Assembly (NCBI GenBank): GCA_947501605.1
Contig: CANMWZ010000001.1
Span: forward strand, 96,001-160,000
DNA from: Planctomycetota bacterium
GTDB lineage: Bacteria > Planctomycetota > UBA1135 > UBA2386
Reading direction: 5' to 3'
DNA: 64,000 nucleotides
How positions within the stretch are numbered: position 1 is the first letter of the stretch; every line of letters starts with the position of its first letter. The notes beneath the pieces were generated by a model. It did not search any database and had not been told where the DNA came from. It was given only the letters and a program-made list of their open reading frames with translations. Of this stretch, positions 38,383 to 48,300 are shown in pieces. The position numbers were made by a program, and so were the translations under genes.

Positions 38383-39647
38383 GAGCGTGAAACCCTTCGC
38401 TTGATGTTCGCCGCCACGACGAAGTGGTCGATGGTGGGCGCAAATGCATTCATCAACAGGATCGCGAGCATCGTGCCTTCGGGATACGCCGGATTGATCG
38501 TGCGCACGAGGACGGTCACAAACCCGCACATCGCGCCGTAGATCCACTTGCCGGTGCGCGTCTCCGGCGACGACACTGGATCCGTCGCCATGTAGACGAT
38601 GCCGAACAAGAAGCCGCCGCAGAGCAGGTGCTCCCATGGCGCCAGCGAGATCGGGCCCGTCGTTGCGCCGCTCAGACTCTTCATCAGGAACGCGCTAGCC
38701 AGCAGGCCGATCACGCCGCCGACCATCACGCGCCAGCTACCGACGCCGGTGAGGATCAGCCACGCGGCGCCGAGCAGCACCGCCAGTTTGCTCATCTCGC
38801 CGGCGCTGCCGGGGATGTTGCCGAAGAACAGATCGCTGTGGCTGTAGACCGCGGTCAGGGCCTCGCTGGCGCCTGTGGTCGCGGACTTCACGACCGCGAG
38901 CGCGGTCGGGGCCGAGTAGCCGTCGATCAAGCTGCCGGGGACACCCACCGGCGATTGGTTGCCGGCGACCCAGACCATGTCGCCCGACATCTGCGCCGCG
39001 AAGGCGAAGAACAGGAACGCGCGCACCAGCATCGCCGGGTTGAAGATGTTCATGCCCGTGCCGCCGAAGACCTCTTTGCCGAGGACCACGGCTAGCGCCA
39101 CGCCGATCGCGAGTTGCCACAGCGGGATCGAGGCCGGCACGATCAGCGCGATCAACATGCCCGACACCAGATACCCCTCGCTGACCTCTTCCTTGCGGAT
39201 CACCGAGAACAGCATCTCGATACCGAGGCCGACACCGTAGCTGACGATCAGGATCGGCAGCATGCGCTGCAGACCGAAGATCACGTTGTCGAAGGCGCCG
39301 GGCGCCGCGAGGTCAGGCGGGCGGAACGACTGCAGCCAGCCCAGGACGTAGCCGTCCTGCGTGACCTTGCCAGCCTTCACCAAACCGTCGATCGCGTGGA
39401 AGTGCTGAGCGCCGGCGTTCCAAATCGCCCACAGCAGACACGGCAGCATCGCCAGGATGACCGTGTTCATGACGCGCTTCAGGTCGACGTAGTCGCGGAC
39501 GTGCACCCCGTCCTTGCCGGCGCGGAACTCGGGCGCGAACAGGAAGGTCTCGAACGCGTCGAACAGCGGCCACAGCTTGTGCAGTTTGCTGCCCGGTTCG
39601 TGGTACAGCTTCTTCTGCTTCTCGATCAGGTTGCGCAGGAACTGCAC
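38379..39647 (-). CDS. nqrB: NQR subunit B
   Basis: HVRD..DLKR, KEVFGGTGMNIFNPA, MATDPVS, YPEG. Confidence 0.96.
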   Translation of the reverse strand: MQFLRNLIEKQKKLYHEPGSKLHKLWPLFDAFETFLFAPEFRAGKDGVHVRDYVDLKRVMNTVILAMLPCLLWAIWNAGAQHFHAIDGLVKAGKVTQDGYVLGWLQSFRPPDLAAPGAFDNVIFGLQRMLPILIVSYGVGLGIEMLFSVIRKEEVSEGYLVSGMLIALIVPASIPLWQLAIGVALAVVLGKEVFGGTGMNIFNPAMLVRAFLFFAFAAQMSGDMVWVAGNQSPVGVPGSLIDGYSAPTALAVVKSATTGASEALTAVYSHSDLFFGNIPGSAGEMSKLAVLLGAAWLILTGVGSWRVMVGGVIGLLASAFLMKSLSGATTGPISLAPWEHLLCGGFLFGIVYMATDPVSSPETRTGKWIYGAMCGFVTVLVRTINPAYPEGTMLAILLMNAFAPTIDHFVVAANIKRRVSRS

Positions 39648-39650
39648 GGC

Positions 39651-40997
39651 TCAGCCCTCCCTCTCGTACATGTCCAGACCCTGGCGCACGATGGCGCCGA
39701 CGTCGGTCTTGCAGGGATCGACGAACGTGCACAGCGCCACGTCCTCCTCGGTGACCTCGAGCAAGCCGAGCTTCACGGCCTCCTCGATGTCGTTCGCTTG
39801 AATCGCCCGGACCAGATAGCTCGCGTGAATGTCGAGCGGCATCACGCCTTCCCAGGCGCCGATGTTGACGATCGGCCGATGCCCGCCGTTGGTGCGCGCA
39901 TCGACGACGTAGTCTTTCTTCGGAAAGAGCCAACTGAACACCGACCGATGCCAACTCAACTTGCCGAACTGCGGCAACGCCCAACCGAACAAGTCGCGTT
40001 GGCCGGTGCCCTCGGGGATGACGGACACCGTCGCAGTGCGGAAGCCGAGCGTGCCGTCGCCGCCGACCACGGTGCCGTTGAGCACCGTGCCGTTGATGAT
40101 GCGCACATCGCCCTGTGGGGCGGCACCGCCGCAGACAGTGGCGATCGACGAGCCTTGGCGCACGCGGAAGTACTTGCGCACCGGCGCGTGGCTGCCGCCG
40201 ACGGCGACGACGCGCTTGCACGGGTAGCGTCCGGTGCGAGCCCACTCGCCGATCAGCGCCAGTTCTTGCGCCCGCAAGGTCAGCGCCTTCTCACCCGGCT
40301 TGAGCGGACGGAGGTTGGCGATGTGGGTGCCGACCAGACCCGCGGGGTGCGGCCCCGCAAAGTCGTGGCACTCCACACCCTTCAGCTCGCGCAGCTCGCT
40401 CTGATGCTCACCGCCAGCGCGAAGCGCGAGGTAGACCTTGCCCTTGGTGAGGCGCTTCATCACCTCGACACCGGCCTGAAGGTTGTCTTTCTGGCCACGC
40501 GTGGCAAACGCTGGGTCCGCCGCCAGCGGCTCCGTATCCATGCCATTCACGAACACGGCGACCGGCTCGATGTCGAACGCGGGCATCTTGCCGAGCGGTC
40601 GCTGCACGAGCAGCGGCCACAGGCCGGCACCCTGCAGCGCCTCGACCATCTGCTCGCGCGTGCCCTGCATCGGCGCCTTTGGCACGGCGAAGAACTCCTC
40701 CTTCGACTCCAGGCGGATCACGACGCGGAGCAGAAACCGGCGAGCGCCGAGCTCCACCTTCTCGACCGTGCCGGTCGCTGGCGAGCACCACGTGGTCTTG
40801 CGGTCGCGCTTGTCGAGGAACAGCGGTTGGCCGGTGGTGACGCGGGCGCCTTCCTTGACGAGGGCCTTGGGCTTGATGCCCGCAAACTCGGCGGTCTCGA
40901 CGACGACGCGCGTCGGCTCGCTTGCATCGACCAGCGCAAGCTCGGGCCGGCCGCTCAAGCGGACGTCGAAGCCGCGACGGATGGTGAAAGTGGTCAT
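39651..40997 (-). CDS. nqrA: NQR subunit A
   Basis: FAGPHPAGLVG, NGG.RPIV, EEDVALCTFVDPCK. Confidence 0.95.
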   Translation of the reverse strand: MTTFTIRRGFDVRLSGRPELALVDASEPTRVVVETAEFAGIKPKALVKEGARVTTGQPLFLDKRDRKTTWCSPATGTVEKVELGARRFLLRVVIRLESKEEFFAVPKAPMQGTREQMVEALQGAGLWPLLVQRPLGKMPAFDIEPVAVFVNGMDTEPLAADPAFATRGQKDNLQAGVEVMKRLTKGKVYLALRAGGEHQSELRELKGVECHDFAGPHPAGLVGTHIANLRPLKPGEKALTLRAQELALIGEWARTGRYPCKRVVAVGGSHAPVRKYFRVRQGSSIATVCGGAAPQGDVRIINGTVLNGTVVGGDGTLGFRTATVSVIPEGTGQRDLFGWALPQFGKLSWHRSVFSWLFPKKDYVVDARTNGGHRPIVNIGAWEGVMPLDIHASYLVRAIQANDIEEAVKLGLLEVTEEDVALCTFVDPCKTDVGAIVRQGLDMYEREG

Positions 40998-41034
40998 CTG
41001 GGGTCTGTTGAGGGAGACGCGGGCGAGCGCGCGA

Positions 41035-41220
41035 TCAGGAGCACGAACGACCGTGATCCGCAGTCGGAGCATCCGAGGCGGTCTTGCCGCAGCGTGAGCA
41101 ACTGCCGTCCTTGCTCATGCCGCCGCACGAACCCGAGAGCTTCCGCCCGGACAAGGCCAACAGCACGATCGCCAGCACTGGGACGGAGAACACGAGAATG
41201 GGCAAGAGGATGTTCGACAC
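41035..41220 (-). CDS. nqrM: NqrM-like (DUF539) small NQR maturation protein
   Basis: TM helix followed by LSGSCGG...CSRC, directly upstream of nqrA. Confidence 0.75.
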   Translation of the reverse strand: MSNILLPILVFSVPVLAIVLLALSGRKLSGSCGGMSKDGSCSRCGKTASDAPTADHGRSCS

Positions 41221-41342
41221 GGGGGCGCGCTTGGATTTTTGGTGCGAGCAGGCTAGCGGTCAGCGGCGGTGATGCGAGCGGAAAGACGGTCCGCCGCGAG
41301 GCCCGTCCGAACACTGCCGTCAAGGAGTCTTGAGGTCCGGCA

Positions 41343-41618
41343 CTAGCGACTGCGGAGACGAATGGCGACAAGGTCCGCCCACGCCGCCAGCGTGTTGCAG
41401 TTGCGCAGGCTGACATCGGCATCGGAGATGGCGACGCCGAACTGCCGCTCGACGAAATCAATGACCTCGAGGACGCCAGCGGAGTCGACGATGCCCGAGG
41501 TCACGAGCGGCGTGTCGTCGAGTAAGCCGTCCTCTTGGCCGTCGCGGAACCACTGCGCCACGAACGTGCGAAGATCGGCGAGGAGCTTCGCGCGTGGGGG
41601 TTCTGGCAGAGACGGCAT
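41343..41618 (-). CDS. Acyl carrier protein-like
   Basis: GIVDSAGVLE phosphopantetheine Ser motif; FVERQFGVAI. Confidence 0.85.
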   Translation of the reverse strand: MPSLPEPPRAKLLADLRTFVAQWFRDGQEDGLLDDTPLVTSGIVDSAGVLEVIDFVERQFGVAISDADVSLRNCNTLAAWADLVAIRLRSR

Positions 41619-41713
41619 CGGCAGGGATCATGCCAAAGTCACCGCCGCGGGTGAATCGCTGCGTCGACCTCCTCGACCTCGCCCTGGTCAACGAAGCGTC
41701 TTCCCGCTGCACT

Positions 41714-42697
41714 ATGCCCATGGACCGAGCGCTCACGACGGCCGCGCCCGCAGCGGTGCGCCGCAACCCGTTCGCGGGCTCGGTCGGGCTGTTGGCGATT
41801 GCACCCGCCGCCGCGGTGCTGCTGGCAGAGCTGCCGGACCTGCACTGGACCCTCGACCTAGCGCGGCACTTCCCACTGCACAGCGCGCTGGCCCTGGTGC
41901 TGGCCGCCTTGGTGCTGCTGCCCGCACGGCACCCGCGCCTCGCGCTGATTCTCCTGCTGCTGGCACTGCTCCCCGCCGCCCGCCTCTTGCCGCTGTGGTC
42001 GCCGGGGCCGCCGCTCTTGCCAGCCAACGTGCCGGTCCTGCGCACCGCGATGGTCAATCTGCTGGCGTCGAACCGCACGCCCGAGCGCGTCGCGGCTTGG
42101 CTCGAAGCGACCGACCCAGACGTGGTCGCCTTGCTGGAGTTCACCCCGGCTCACGAACGCGCCCTGCTGCGCCTGCGCTCGCGCTGGCCGCACGCGGTGA
42201 CCAAGCCGGTGGCCAGCCCGTTTGGTATCGCGCTGTTCAGCAAGCTGCCGCTGCGCGACACCGAAGTGCGACCGATGGGCGCGAGCTACGCGTTTGCGAT
42301 CACGGCAACGGTGACCACTGCGATCGGCGACGTTGGGGTGCTGGCCATGCACCCGCCGCCGCCGGTGTCGAAGGAGCGCGCCGGCGAGCGCGACTTGGCG
42401 TTCTCGCAGCTAGCGTCCGCGATCGCGTCGCTGCCGGCGCATCGGGTGGTCCTGACCGACTGCAACGCGACGCGGTGGAGTCGTCCGTTCCGGAACGGAC
42501 TCGCAGCAGCGGGGCTCGACGACGGCTGCTCTGGGCACGGATATCAGGGCTCGTGGCCGAGTTCGCTGCCGTGGTTCTTGCGCGTGCCGATCGACCACGT
42601 GCTGGTCAGCCGCGATCTCGCCGTCCACCGGCGCGAACTCGGTCCGGACGTCGGCTCAGACCACCTGCCGGTGCTGGCGGAAGTGCACGTGCGGTAG
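41714..42697 (+). CDS. Membrane-anchored endonuclease/exonuclease/phosphatase family protein
   Basis: Three TM segments; NLL..N, PDVVALLE, TDCNAT, PIDHVL, GSDHLPV. Confidence 0.87.
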   Translation: MPMDRALTTAAPAAVRRNPFAGSVGLLAIAPAAAVLLAELPDLHWTLDLARHFPLHSALALVLAALVLLPARHPRLALILLLLALLPAARLLPLWSPGPPLLPANVPVLRTAMVNLLASNRTPERVAAWLEATDPDVVALLEFTPAHERALLRLRSRWPHAVTKPVASPFGIALFSKLPLRDTEVRPMGASYAFAITATVTTAIGDVGVLAMHPPPPVSKERAGERDLAFSQLASAIASLPAHRVVLTDCNATRWSRPFRNGLAAAGLDDGCSGHGYQGSWPSSLPWFLRVPIDHVLVSRDLAVHRRELGPDVGSDHLPVLAEVHVR

Positions 42698-42735
42698 CTC
42701 CGGGCTTGGGTCGGGCAGCGCGAGGTGGCGGGAGG

Positions 42736-42834
42736 TGGCGGGAGTGCATGGGAATCGAACCCACCGGGAGCCGCTCTAGGCGACCCCCCACAGGTTTTGA
42801 AGACCAGGCCGAACACCAGCTCGGATGCACTCCC
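42736..42834 (-). tRNA. selC: tRNA-Sec(TCA)
   Basis: 99 nt; 8-bp acceptor stem GGGAGTGC/GCACTCCC, 6-bp D stem with TGGT loop, CTTCAAA anticodon loop, long variable arm, G73-CCA. Confidence 0.95.
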
Positions 42835-42933
42835 GTGGGGAGCGCATGATGCCGTCGCTGACCCTCGACTCCAAGCTTGCTGCTCGCAACCCGTTCCCAA
42901 GGCGCACCTCGCTTGCTACCGTCTTCGCCCGAT

Positions 42934-43482
42934 ATGCAAGTCTCCGCTCTCGAACTGCGTCCCGGCACCCTCGTCCGCTACGAAGGCCGTATGGCCACGG
43001 TGGTCTGGTGGAACATTCTCCGCAACGACCGTCGCGCTTTCGTGCAGATGCGCATCAAGGATCTGGAGAGCGGTCGGCAGACCGAACTCAAGGAGCACAC
43101 CGACTCCAAGTGGGAAGTGCTCGACAAAGAAGAGGTCGACCTGACCCACTCGTACCGCGACGGCGGCGAAGAGGTCTTCTACAACGAGACGGGCGAAGAG
43201 GTGCGCTGCGCGGTCGCCGCGGCCGAAGACGCGCTCTACTGGCCGTCGGAGACCTACAAGGGTCTCTACGTCGACAACAAGCTCGTGGCCGTGTCGGCAC
43301 CGCGCTTCTCGGTCCTGGCGATCACCGAAACGGCGCCGCCGATGAAGGGTGGCGGCTCGGGTCAGAAAGACGCCGTTCTCGACAACGGCGCCAAGGTCAA
43401 GGTCTCCCTGCTCTGCGACGTCGGCGACAAGGTTCGCATCGAGACCGAGACGCTCGAGTTCCGCGAGCGCGTGCAAGACTGA
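42934..43482 (+). CDS. efp: Elongation factor P homolog with atypical loop
   Basis: 182 aa with three-domain EF-P pattern (LRPG...Y.G, RIKDLESG, ETAPPMKG, KDAVLDNG.KVKV...GDKVRI), but no PGKG motif. Confidence 0.8.
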   Translation: MQVSALELRPGTLVRYEGRMATVVWWNILRNDRRAFVQMRIKDLESGRQTELKEHTDSKWEVLDKEEVDLTHSYRDGGEEVFYNETGEEVRCAVAAAEDALYWPSETYKGLYVDNKLVAVSAPRFSVLAITETAPPMKGGGSGQKDAVLDNGAKVKVSLLCDVGDKVRIETETLEFRERVQD

Positions 43483-43598
43483 GATCCTCGTAGCCGGCGA
43501 CAACCTCGCCCGCACCCAGCGGCGCGCCGAGACCCAGCCGGCGCGCCAGCGCCCAACTGGATCGCAAGAAGCTGCTGCAGCGGCACCAAGACGCCCCC

Positions 43599-44324
43599 AT
43601 GTTCGCATTCGTCGAAGAGCCCAGCTTTCTCCTGCAACTCGGCAGCATCGTTCTGCTCGACCTGCTGCTCGCCGGCGACAACGCGATCGTGATCGCAATG
43701 GCGGTGCGAACGTTGCCGCAAAGGGAGCAGCGCCTGGGTCGGCTCTGGGGCACGTTTGGTGCCGTCGCGCTGCGCGTCGTGTTTCTGGCCGTCGCCTCGT
43801 GGATGATGGCGGCGCCGCTGCTGCGAGCCTGCGGCGGGCTGCTGTTGCTGTGGATTGCCTACAAGCTGCTGGCGCCGCAAACGCACGCACCCGTCTCGTC
43901 GAGCCCGGAGAACGACAACGGCGAGGCAGCAAAGGTGCGCGCCGGCAACAACCTGCGCGAGTCGATCAAGATCATCATCCTCGCCGACGTGTCGATGAGC
44001 ATCGACAACGTCCTGGCGGTCACCGGCGCCGCTGAGGGGCACATCGGCATGGCCGCCCTCGGCATCGCCCTCTCGATTCCGATGGTCATCTGGGGCAGCT
44101 CGCTGCTGTCGCGCGTGATGCACCACCATAAGTGGATCGTGTGGCTCGGCGGCGGCATCCTCGGTCACGTGGCCGGCACGCTGTTGCTCGAAGACCCCAA
44201 GATCATCGAGTGGATCGGGCACACCGAGAAGCCGGGTTGGCACTGGCTGTCGCTGTCGCTGTTCGCCGGCCTCAGTGGCTTCGGCGCGTGGGGCCACTTC
44301 CGCTCCCGACGAGCTGCGCACTGA
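43599..44324 (+). CDS. TerC/YjbE family integral membrane protein
   Basis: DLLLAGDNAIVIAMA, GGLLLLWIA, ADVSMSIDNVLAV. Confidence 0.92.
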   Translation: MFAFVEEPSFLLQLGSIVLLDLLLAGDNAIVIAMAVRTLPQREQRLGRLWGTFGAVALRVVFLAVASWMMAAPLLRACGGLLLLWIAYKLLAPQTHAPVSSSPENDNGEAAKVRAGNNLRESIKIIILADVSMSIDNVLAVTGAAEGHIGMAALGIALSIPMVIWGSSLLSRVMHHHKWIVWLGGGILGHVAGTLLLEDPKIIEWIGHTEKPGWHWLSLSLFAGLSGFGAWGHFRSRRAAH

Positions 44325-44343
44325 ACGCACGCCGCCGTCTTTG

Positions 44344-46059
44344 CTATGGCGCCGTGCGTCGATGCGGTGCCAGCACCGTAACGAGTGCGCCGATCGCCAC
44401 GCAGAACACGCAACCGAGCAGGTTGTACCAGAGGTAAGCAATCTGCACGGTGTTGTGCACCACCGCGATGCCGAGCAAGCCGCCGAGCAAACCAGCTGAG
44501 GCCGCGGTGTCGCTGGCGCGGGGCACCGCGAGGGCCAACACGAACACGCCGAGGATGCTGCCGTAGAAGTACGAGCCGACCTCGTTGACGCGTTCGAGCA
44601 GCGGACCACCGCCAAGCTGCACGGCAGCCGCCGTCGCGGCGATCCCCCAACATGCCATGACGACCTTGCTGCTGCGCAACGTCGCGGCGTCGGAGGCCGA
44701 AGGCCGCAGCCAACGCTTGTAGAAGTCGATCATCGTCGCCGAGGTCAACGAACTCAGCGCCCCCGCCGCACTGCTGATGGCCGCCGCAAAGATCGCCGCG
44801 ATCAGCAGCCCGAGCACGGGCTTTGGCAGTTCGCGGAAGATGAAGTCGGGGAAGATGTAGTTGGTGTCACTCTCGGCGCCCACAGCGGTCCGCGCCGCCT
44901 TGCGGGCCTGCACGGCATCCTTCACCGCGGCGCGGTACTCGGCGACCTGCCCAGAGTCACTGCCACCACTCGCAATCGCCCGCATCGCGGCCTCTCGACG
45001 CGCGATGGCAGAGCTGTGCGCAGTCGATGCCGCCTCGAAGCGCACCTTGGTGTCGCCGTCGAGCCCGCTCGCCGCCTTGGCTGCCGCCGGTTCGAACAGC
45101 ACGGGCTCCTTCACCAAGGACTGGTGCAAGAACAACAGTCCGCCGACGAGCAACACCAACAGTTGCAGCGGGACTTTGGTGAACGCGGACATCAAGAGCG
45201 CGCGCCGCGATGCATCCGTCGACTTGCTCGTGAGGATGCTCTGCACCTGCGACTGGTCACAGCCGAAGTAGCTGAGGAACAAGAAGAAGGTGCCGAACAG
45301 CCCAGTCCACAGATTGTACTTGTCGGCCCAGAAGGAGCCGTTCGCAGGCTCGCCCGCAAGCGCCGGCACCATGGTCCACGCGGCGTCGTAGACTTCGACG
45401 GGGTTCATCTTGCCCGCCACCCCGAGCGCCACCAGCGCACCGCCGAAGGAGAGTTCGGAGACCACGTTCCACAACAGCACGGCAAGGCACGCAACGATGC
45501 CGATGACGATGACCGCCATCTGCTTGACGTCGGTCCAGACCACGCCGCCGACCCCACCCAGCACGGTGTAGGCCGTGGTCAATAGGCCCGTGGTCCACAC
45601 CGTCACGTCGATCGGCAACCCAGTCATCGCCGCAAACACGACCGCCGGCGCATAGAGCACAACCGCGAAGGCAAGGCAGCGCGACAGCAAGAAGGCGAGG
45701 CTCGTCAAGGACCGCGTCGCCGGGCCGAAACGGCGTTCGAGATACTCGTAGGCCGTGAGGATCGGGTGCTGGCGGTAGATCGGCAGGAACCAGATGCACA
45801 GCACGACCATCGCGAACGGCAGCGCAAAGTAGAACTGCACCCATTCGAGGCCGTTCTCGTAGCCCATGCCGACGCCGCCGATCAACGTGATCGCCGACAA
45901 CTGCGTCGCCATCACGGACAGCCCGGCGGCCCACCACGGGATCGAACGGCCCGCGGCAAAGAAGCCCTCCATGGTGGTCGCCCCCACCGTGCGGCGCACG
46001 CCGTCCCAGATCGTGTAGATCGTGGCGAGCGCGAAGACGAGCCAGGCCACCCAGTTCAT
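44344..46059 (-). CDS. Sodium:solute symporter family protein
   Basis: FFAAGRSIPWWAAGLSVMATQLSA, TAYEYLERRF, GG..GVVWTD, DQSQVQ. Confidence 0.92.
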   Translation of the reverse strand: MNWVAWLVFALATIYTIWDGVRRTVGATTMEGFFAAGRSIPWWAAGLSVMATQLSAITLIGGVGMGYENGLEWVQFYFALPFAMVVLCIWFLPIYRQHPILTAYEYLERRFGPATRSLTSLAFLLSRCLAFAVVLYAPAVVFAAMTGLPIDVTVWTTGLLTTAYTVLGGVGGVVWTDVKQMAVIVIGIVACLAVLLWNVVSELSFGGALVALGVAGKMNPVEVYDAAWTMVPALAGEPANGSFWADKYNLWTGLFGTFFLFLSYFGCDQSQVQSILTSKSTDASRRALLMSAFTKVPLQLLVLLVGGLLFLHQSLVKEPVLFEPAAAKAASGLDGDTKVRFEAASTAHSSAIARREAAMRAIASGGSDSGQVAEYRAAVKDAVQARKAARTAVGAESDTNYIFPDFIFRELPKPVLGLLIAAIFAAAISSAAGALSSLTSATMIDFYKRWLRPSASDAATLRSSKVVMACWGIAATAAAVQLGGGPLLERVNEVGSYFYGSILGVFVLALAVPRASDTAASAGLLGGLLGIAVVHNTVQIAYLWYNLLGCVFCVAIGALVTVLAPHRRTAP

Positions 46060-46214
46060 GCGATGCGTCCGTGGTCGAGCGCCGCCGTAAGCCACCACAG
46101 TGCGGCGATCACCAACACGGCCGACACACACACCAGTGCGTAGGTCCGCGGCCAACTGCCGAGCGGCGGACGATCGGGCAAAGCGGCTCTGTTGTTCGGG
46201 GCTGGGTTGTTCAC
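46056..46214 (-). CDS. Small single-TM protein (52 aa) coupled to the symporter
   Basis: Below the ORF-track cutoff. MNNPAPNNRAALPDRPPLGSWPRTYALVCVSAVLVIAALWWLTAALDHGRIA; its stop overlaps the symporter ATG (ATGA). Confidence 0.7.
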   Translation of the reverse strand: MNNPAPNNRAALPDRPPLGSWPRTYALVCVSAVLVIAALWWLTAALDHGRIA

Positions 46215-46497
46215 GAGGAACGCATCATGGCGAAGTCCTCGGGCGCAGGACAGCGAACATCACGGCCGCCTGGACGACCATGTCGAGGCCGAGGTCCCTC
46301 AAGGTCCGCGCGGCCCTTCCCAAGTGGCAAGCAACGAACGGCTCGGCACGTAGGCCTGCGTCCTCGACCCTGGACCAGGCGGCTTGCTAGAAGTGGTTTC
46401 ACAACAAGCCGGCGATCGAGGCCGACCAACGAGGGCCGAGGGCAAGGAACGAGAACGCCGCCGTGGCGCCACCGCGCTGCTCCACAGCGATCCTGGC

Positions 46498-47940
46498 TCA
46501 GGCCTTCTCGAGGCGCGGCCCGGTGGCGGTGTCGACGATCTTCCAACCGGCCTTCTGGATCTCGTCGCGCATGGCGTCGGCAGTGGCCCAGTCCTTCTGC
46601 TTCTTGGCGTCCTGGCGCTTCTGCAGCATCGCCTGCAACTCTGCGGGCGCATCGCCGGTCGCGTCCGCCTGTGGAGTTGCGCCGAAGCAACCGAGCACGT
46701 CCTCGATGCGCGCGAAGAACTGCAGCGCAAGAGCACACGACGCGAGCGTCGGCTGCGCGCGGTTGCACTCGCCGACGAAGTCGAACACGACCGCGAGCGC
46801 TTCGCTGACGTTGAGGTCTTCTTGCATCGTCGCGGTGAACTTGGCGTTCGCGGCGGCGGTCGCAGCGGTGAGGTCGGCTTCGCCTTTGCGTTCGGCACCG
46901 GTCTCGATGCGCACGAGCCGCTGACGGCACTGCTGCACGCGAGCGATCGCGGCGCGGGCTTCGTCGAGGCCCTTCAGGGTGAAGTTGAGCTGCTGGCGGT
47001 AGTGGCCACGGACGAGGGCGAAGCGGAGCTCGAGCCCGGAGTAGCCCTTCTTCAGCACGTCTTCGACGGTGAAGAAGTTGCCGAGGCTCTTGCTCATCTT
47101 CTTGTTGTCGACGAGCAGGTGTCGCGCGTGCATCCAGATCGACACGAACTGCCGGTGCGTGTGGGCCTCGGTCTGCGCGATCTCGCATTCGTGGTGCGGG
47201 AACATGTTGTCCTCACCGCCGGTGTGCACGTCGATCTGGTGGCCGAGGTAGTGGGCCGACATCGCCGAGCACTCAATGTGCCAGCCGGGGAAGCCGCGCA
47301 GGCCACCGCGGAACGGCGCGTCCCACTGCATCTGATGCTTGTCGTCGGTCTTCCACAGCGCGAAGTCGCGGGGGTCCTTCTTCTTGTCGTTGACGGCGAC
47401 GCGGGCACCGTCTTCGAGCTCGTCGATGACCTTGCCGGAGAGCTTGCCGTACTGGGGGAACTTGCTGATCTCGAAGTAGACGTCGCCGTTGTCGACCTGG
47501 TAGGCGACGCCCTTCTGGAGGAGGTCGTCGATGATGACGCCCATCTGCGCGATGAAGTCGGTCGCGCGCGGCATGTGGTGCGGCAGGCGCACGTGCAGGA
47601 GCCGCTGGCACTCGTGGAACTCGTTCTCGTACTGCTTGGCGATGTCCCAGGCCGTGCGGCCGGTCTTCTTGCTGGCGGCCTCCATCTTGTCCTCGCCGGT
47701 CTCGAGGTCGTCGTTGGTCAGGTGGCCGACGTCGGTGACGTTCATCACCTGGATGACTTGGTAGCCCTGGTCTTCGATGAAGCGGCGCAGGACGTCGGCG
47801 AACAGGAAGCTGCGGAAGTTGCCGATGTGCGGGCTGCTGTAGACGGTAGGGCCGCAGTGGTACATCGTGACCTTGTTGGGCACGAGCGGGCGCAGTTCGT
47901 CGAGACGGCGAGTCAGCGAGTTGTAGAGGCGGAGGGGCAT
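46498..47940 (-). CDS. cysS: Cysteine--tRNA ligase
   Basis: [41 protein letters not shown]. Confidence 0.97.
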   Translation of the reverse strand: MPLRLYNSLTRRLDELRPLVPNKVTMYHCGPTVYSSPHIGNFRSFLFADVLRRFIEDQGYQVIQVMNVTDVGHLTNDDLETGEDKMEAASKKTGRTAWDIAKQYENEFHECQRLLHVRLPHHMPRATDFIAQMGVIIDDLLQKGVAYQVDNGDVYFEISKFPQYGKLSGKVIDELEDGARVAVNDKKKDPRDFALWKTDDKHQMQWDAPFRGGLRGFPGWHIECSAMSAHYLGHQIDVHTGGEDNMFPHHECEIAQTEAHTHRQFVSIWMHARHLLVDNKKMSKSLGNFFTVEDVLKKGYSGLELRFALVRGHYRQQLNFTLKGLDEARAAIARVQQCRQRLVRIETGAERKGEADLTAATAAANAKFTATMQEDLNVSEALAVVFDFVGECNRAQPTLASCALALQFFARIEDVLGCFGATPQADATGDAPAELQAMLQKRQDAKKQKDWATADAMRDEIQKAGWKIVDTATGPRLEKA

Positions 47941-48031
47941 CGCGAGGTGCGCAGCGTGGCGCGGGGGGTGCGTCGGTGCAAGCGCAGGGGCTTCACGGCA
48001 ACGGAGCTTCCGCGCCGACCTTCGTGGGAAC

Positions 48032-48265
48032 TCAGGCCGCAGACTCGTATGAGCCCAGCACGAGTGGCGGAGCCCCGGCGGCCGTCGCGACGGCATCCAG
48101 GGTGGAGTTCGGAACGCCGTTCGTCCAGTTCGCCGAGTCGCCCCAGTCCGAGGAGGCGCTGCCGGTCCACGAGGACGTCGACTGCGCCGCGAGCGGCAGA
48201 GCAGCGACCAGGGCGAACGCAGCGGCCAGAACGCGAGGCCAGGAGCAGTAGAATCGCCTGGTTAC
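48032..48265 (-). pseudogene. Truncated remnant of a secreted protein paralogous to the upstream gene
   Basis: Signal peptide ...ALPLAA-QSTSSWTGSASSDWGDSANWTNGVP then an early stop. No canonical start codon (GTA at 48265). Confidence 0.55.
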
Positions 48266-48300
48266 GAAAGGGGCGAGGACGCGTGGGGCGAGGAACTTTC

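Noticed and set aside
35191..41333. Long plus-strand ORFs (842 aa and 739 aa)
   Set aside because: Antisense shadows of the well-conserved nqr genes.
42722..42743. 10-bp duplication (gaggtggcgg x2) at the selC 3' end as an attachment-site scar
   Set aside because: Too short, directly tandem, and no integrase or foreign island is adjacent.
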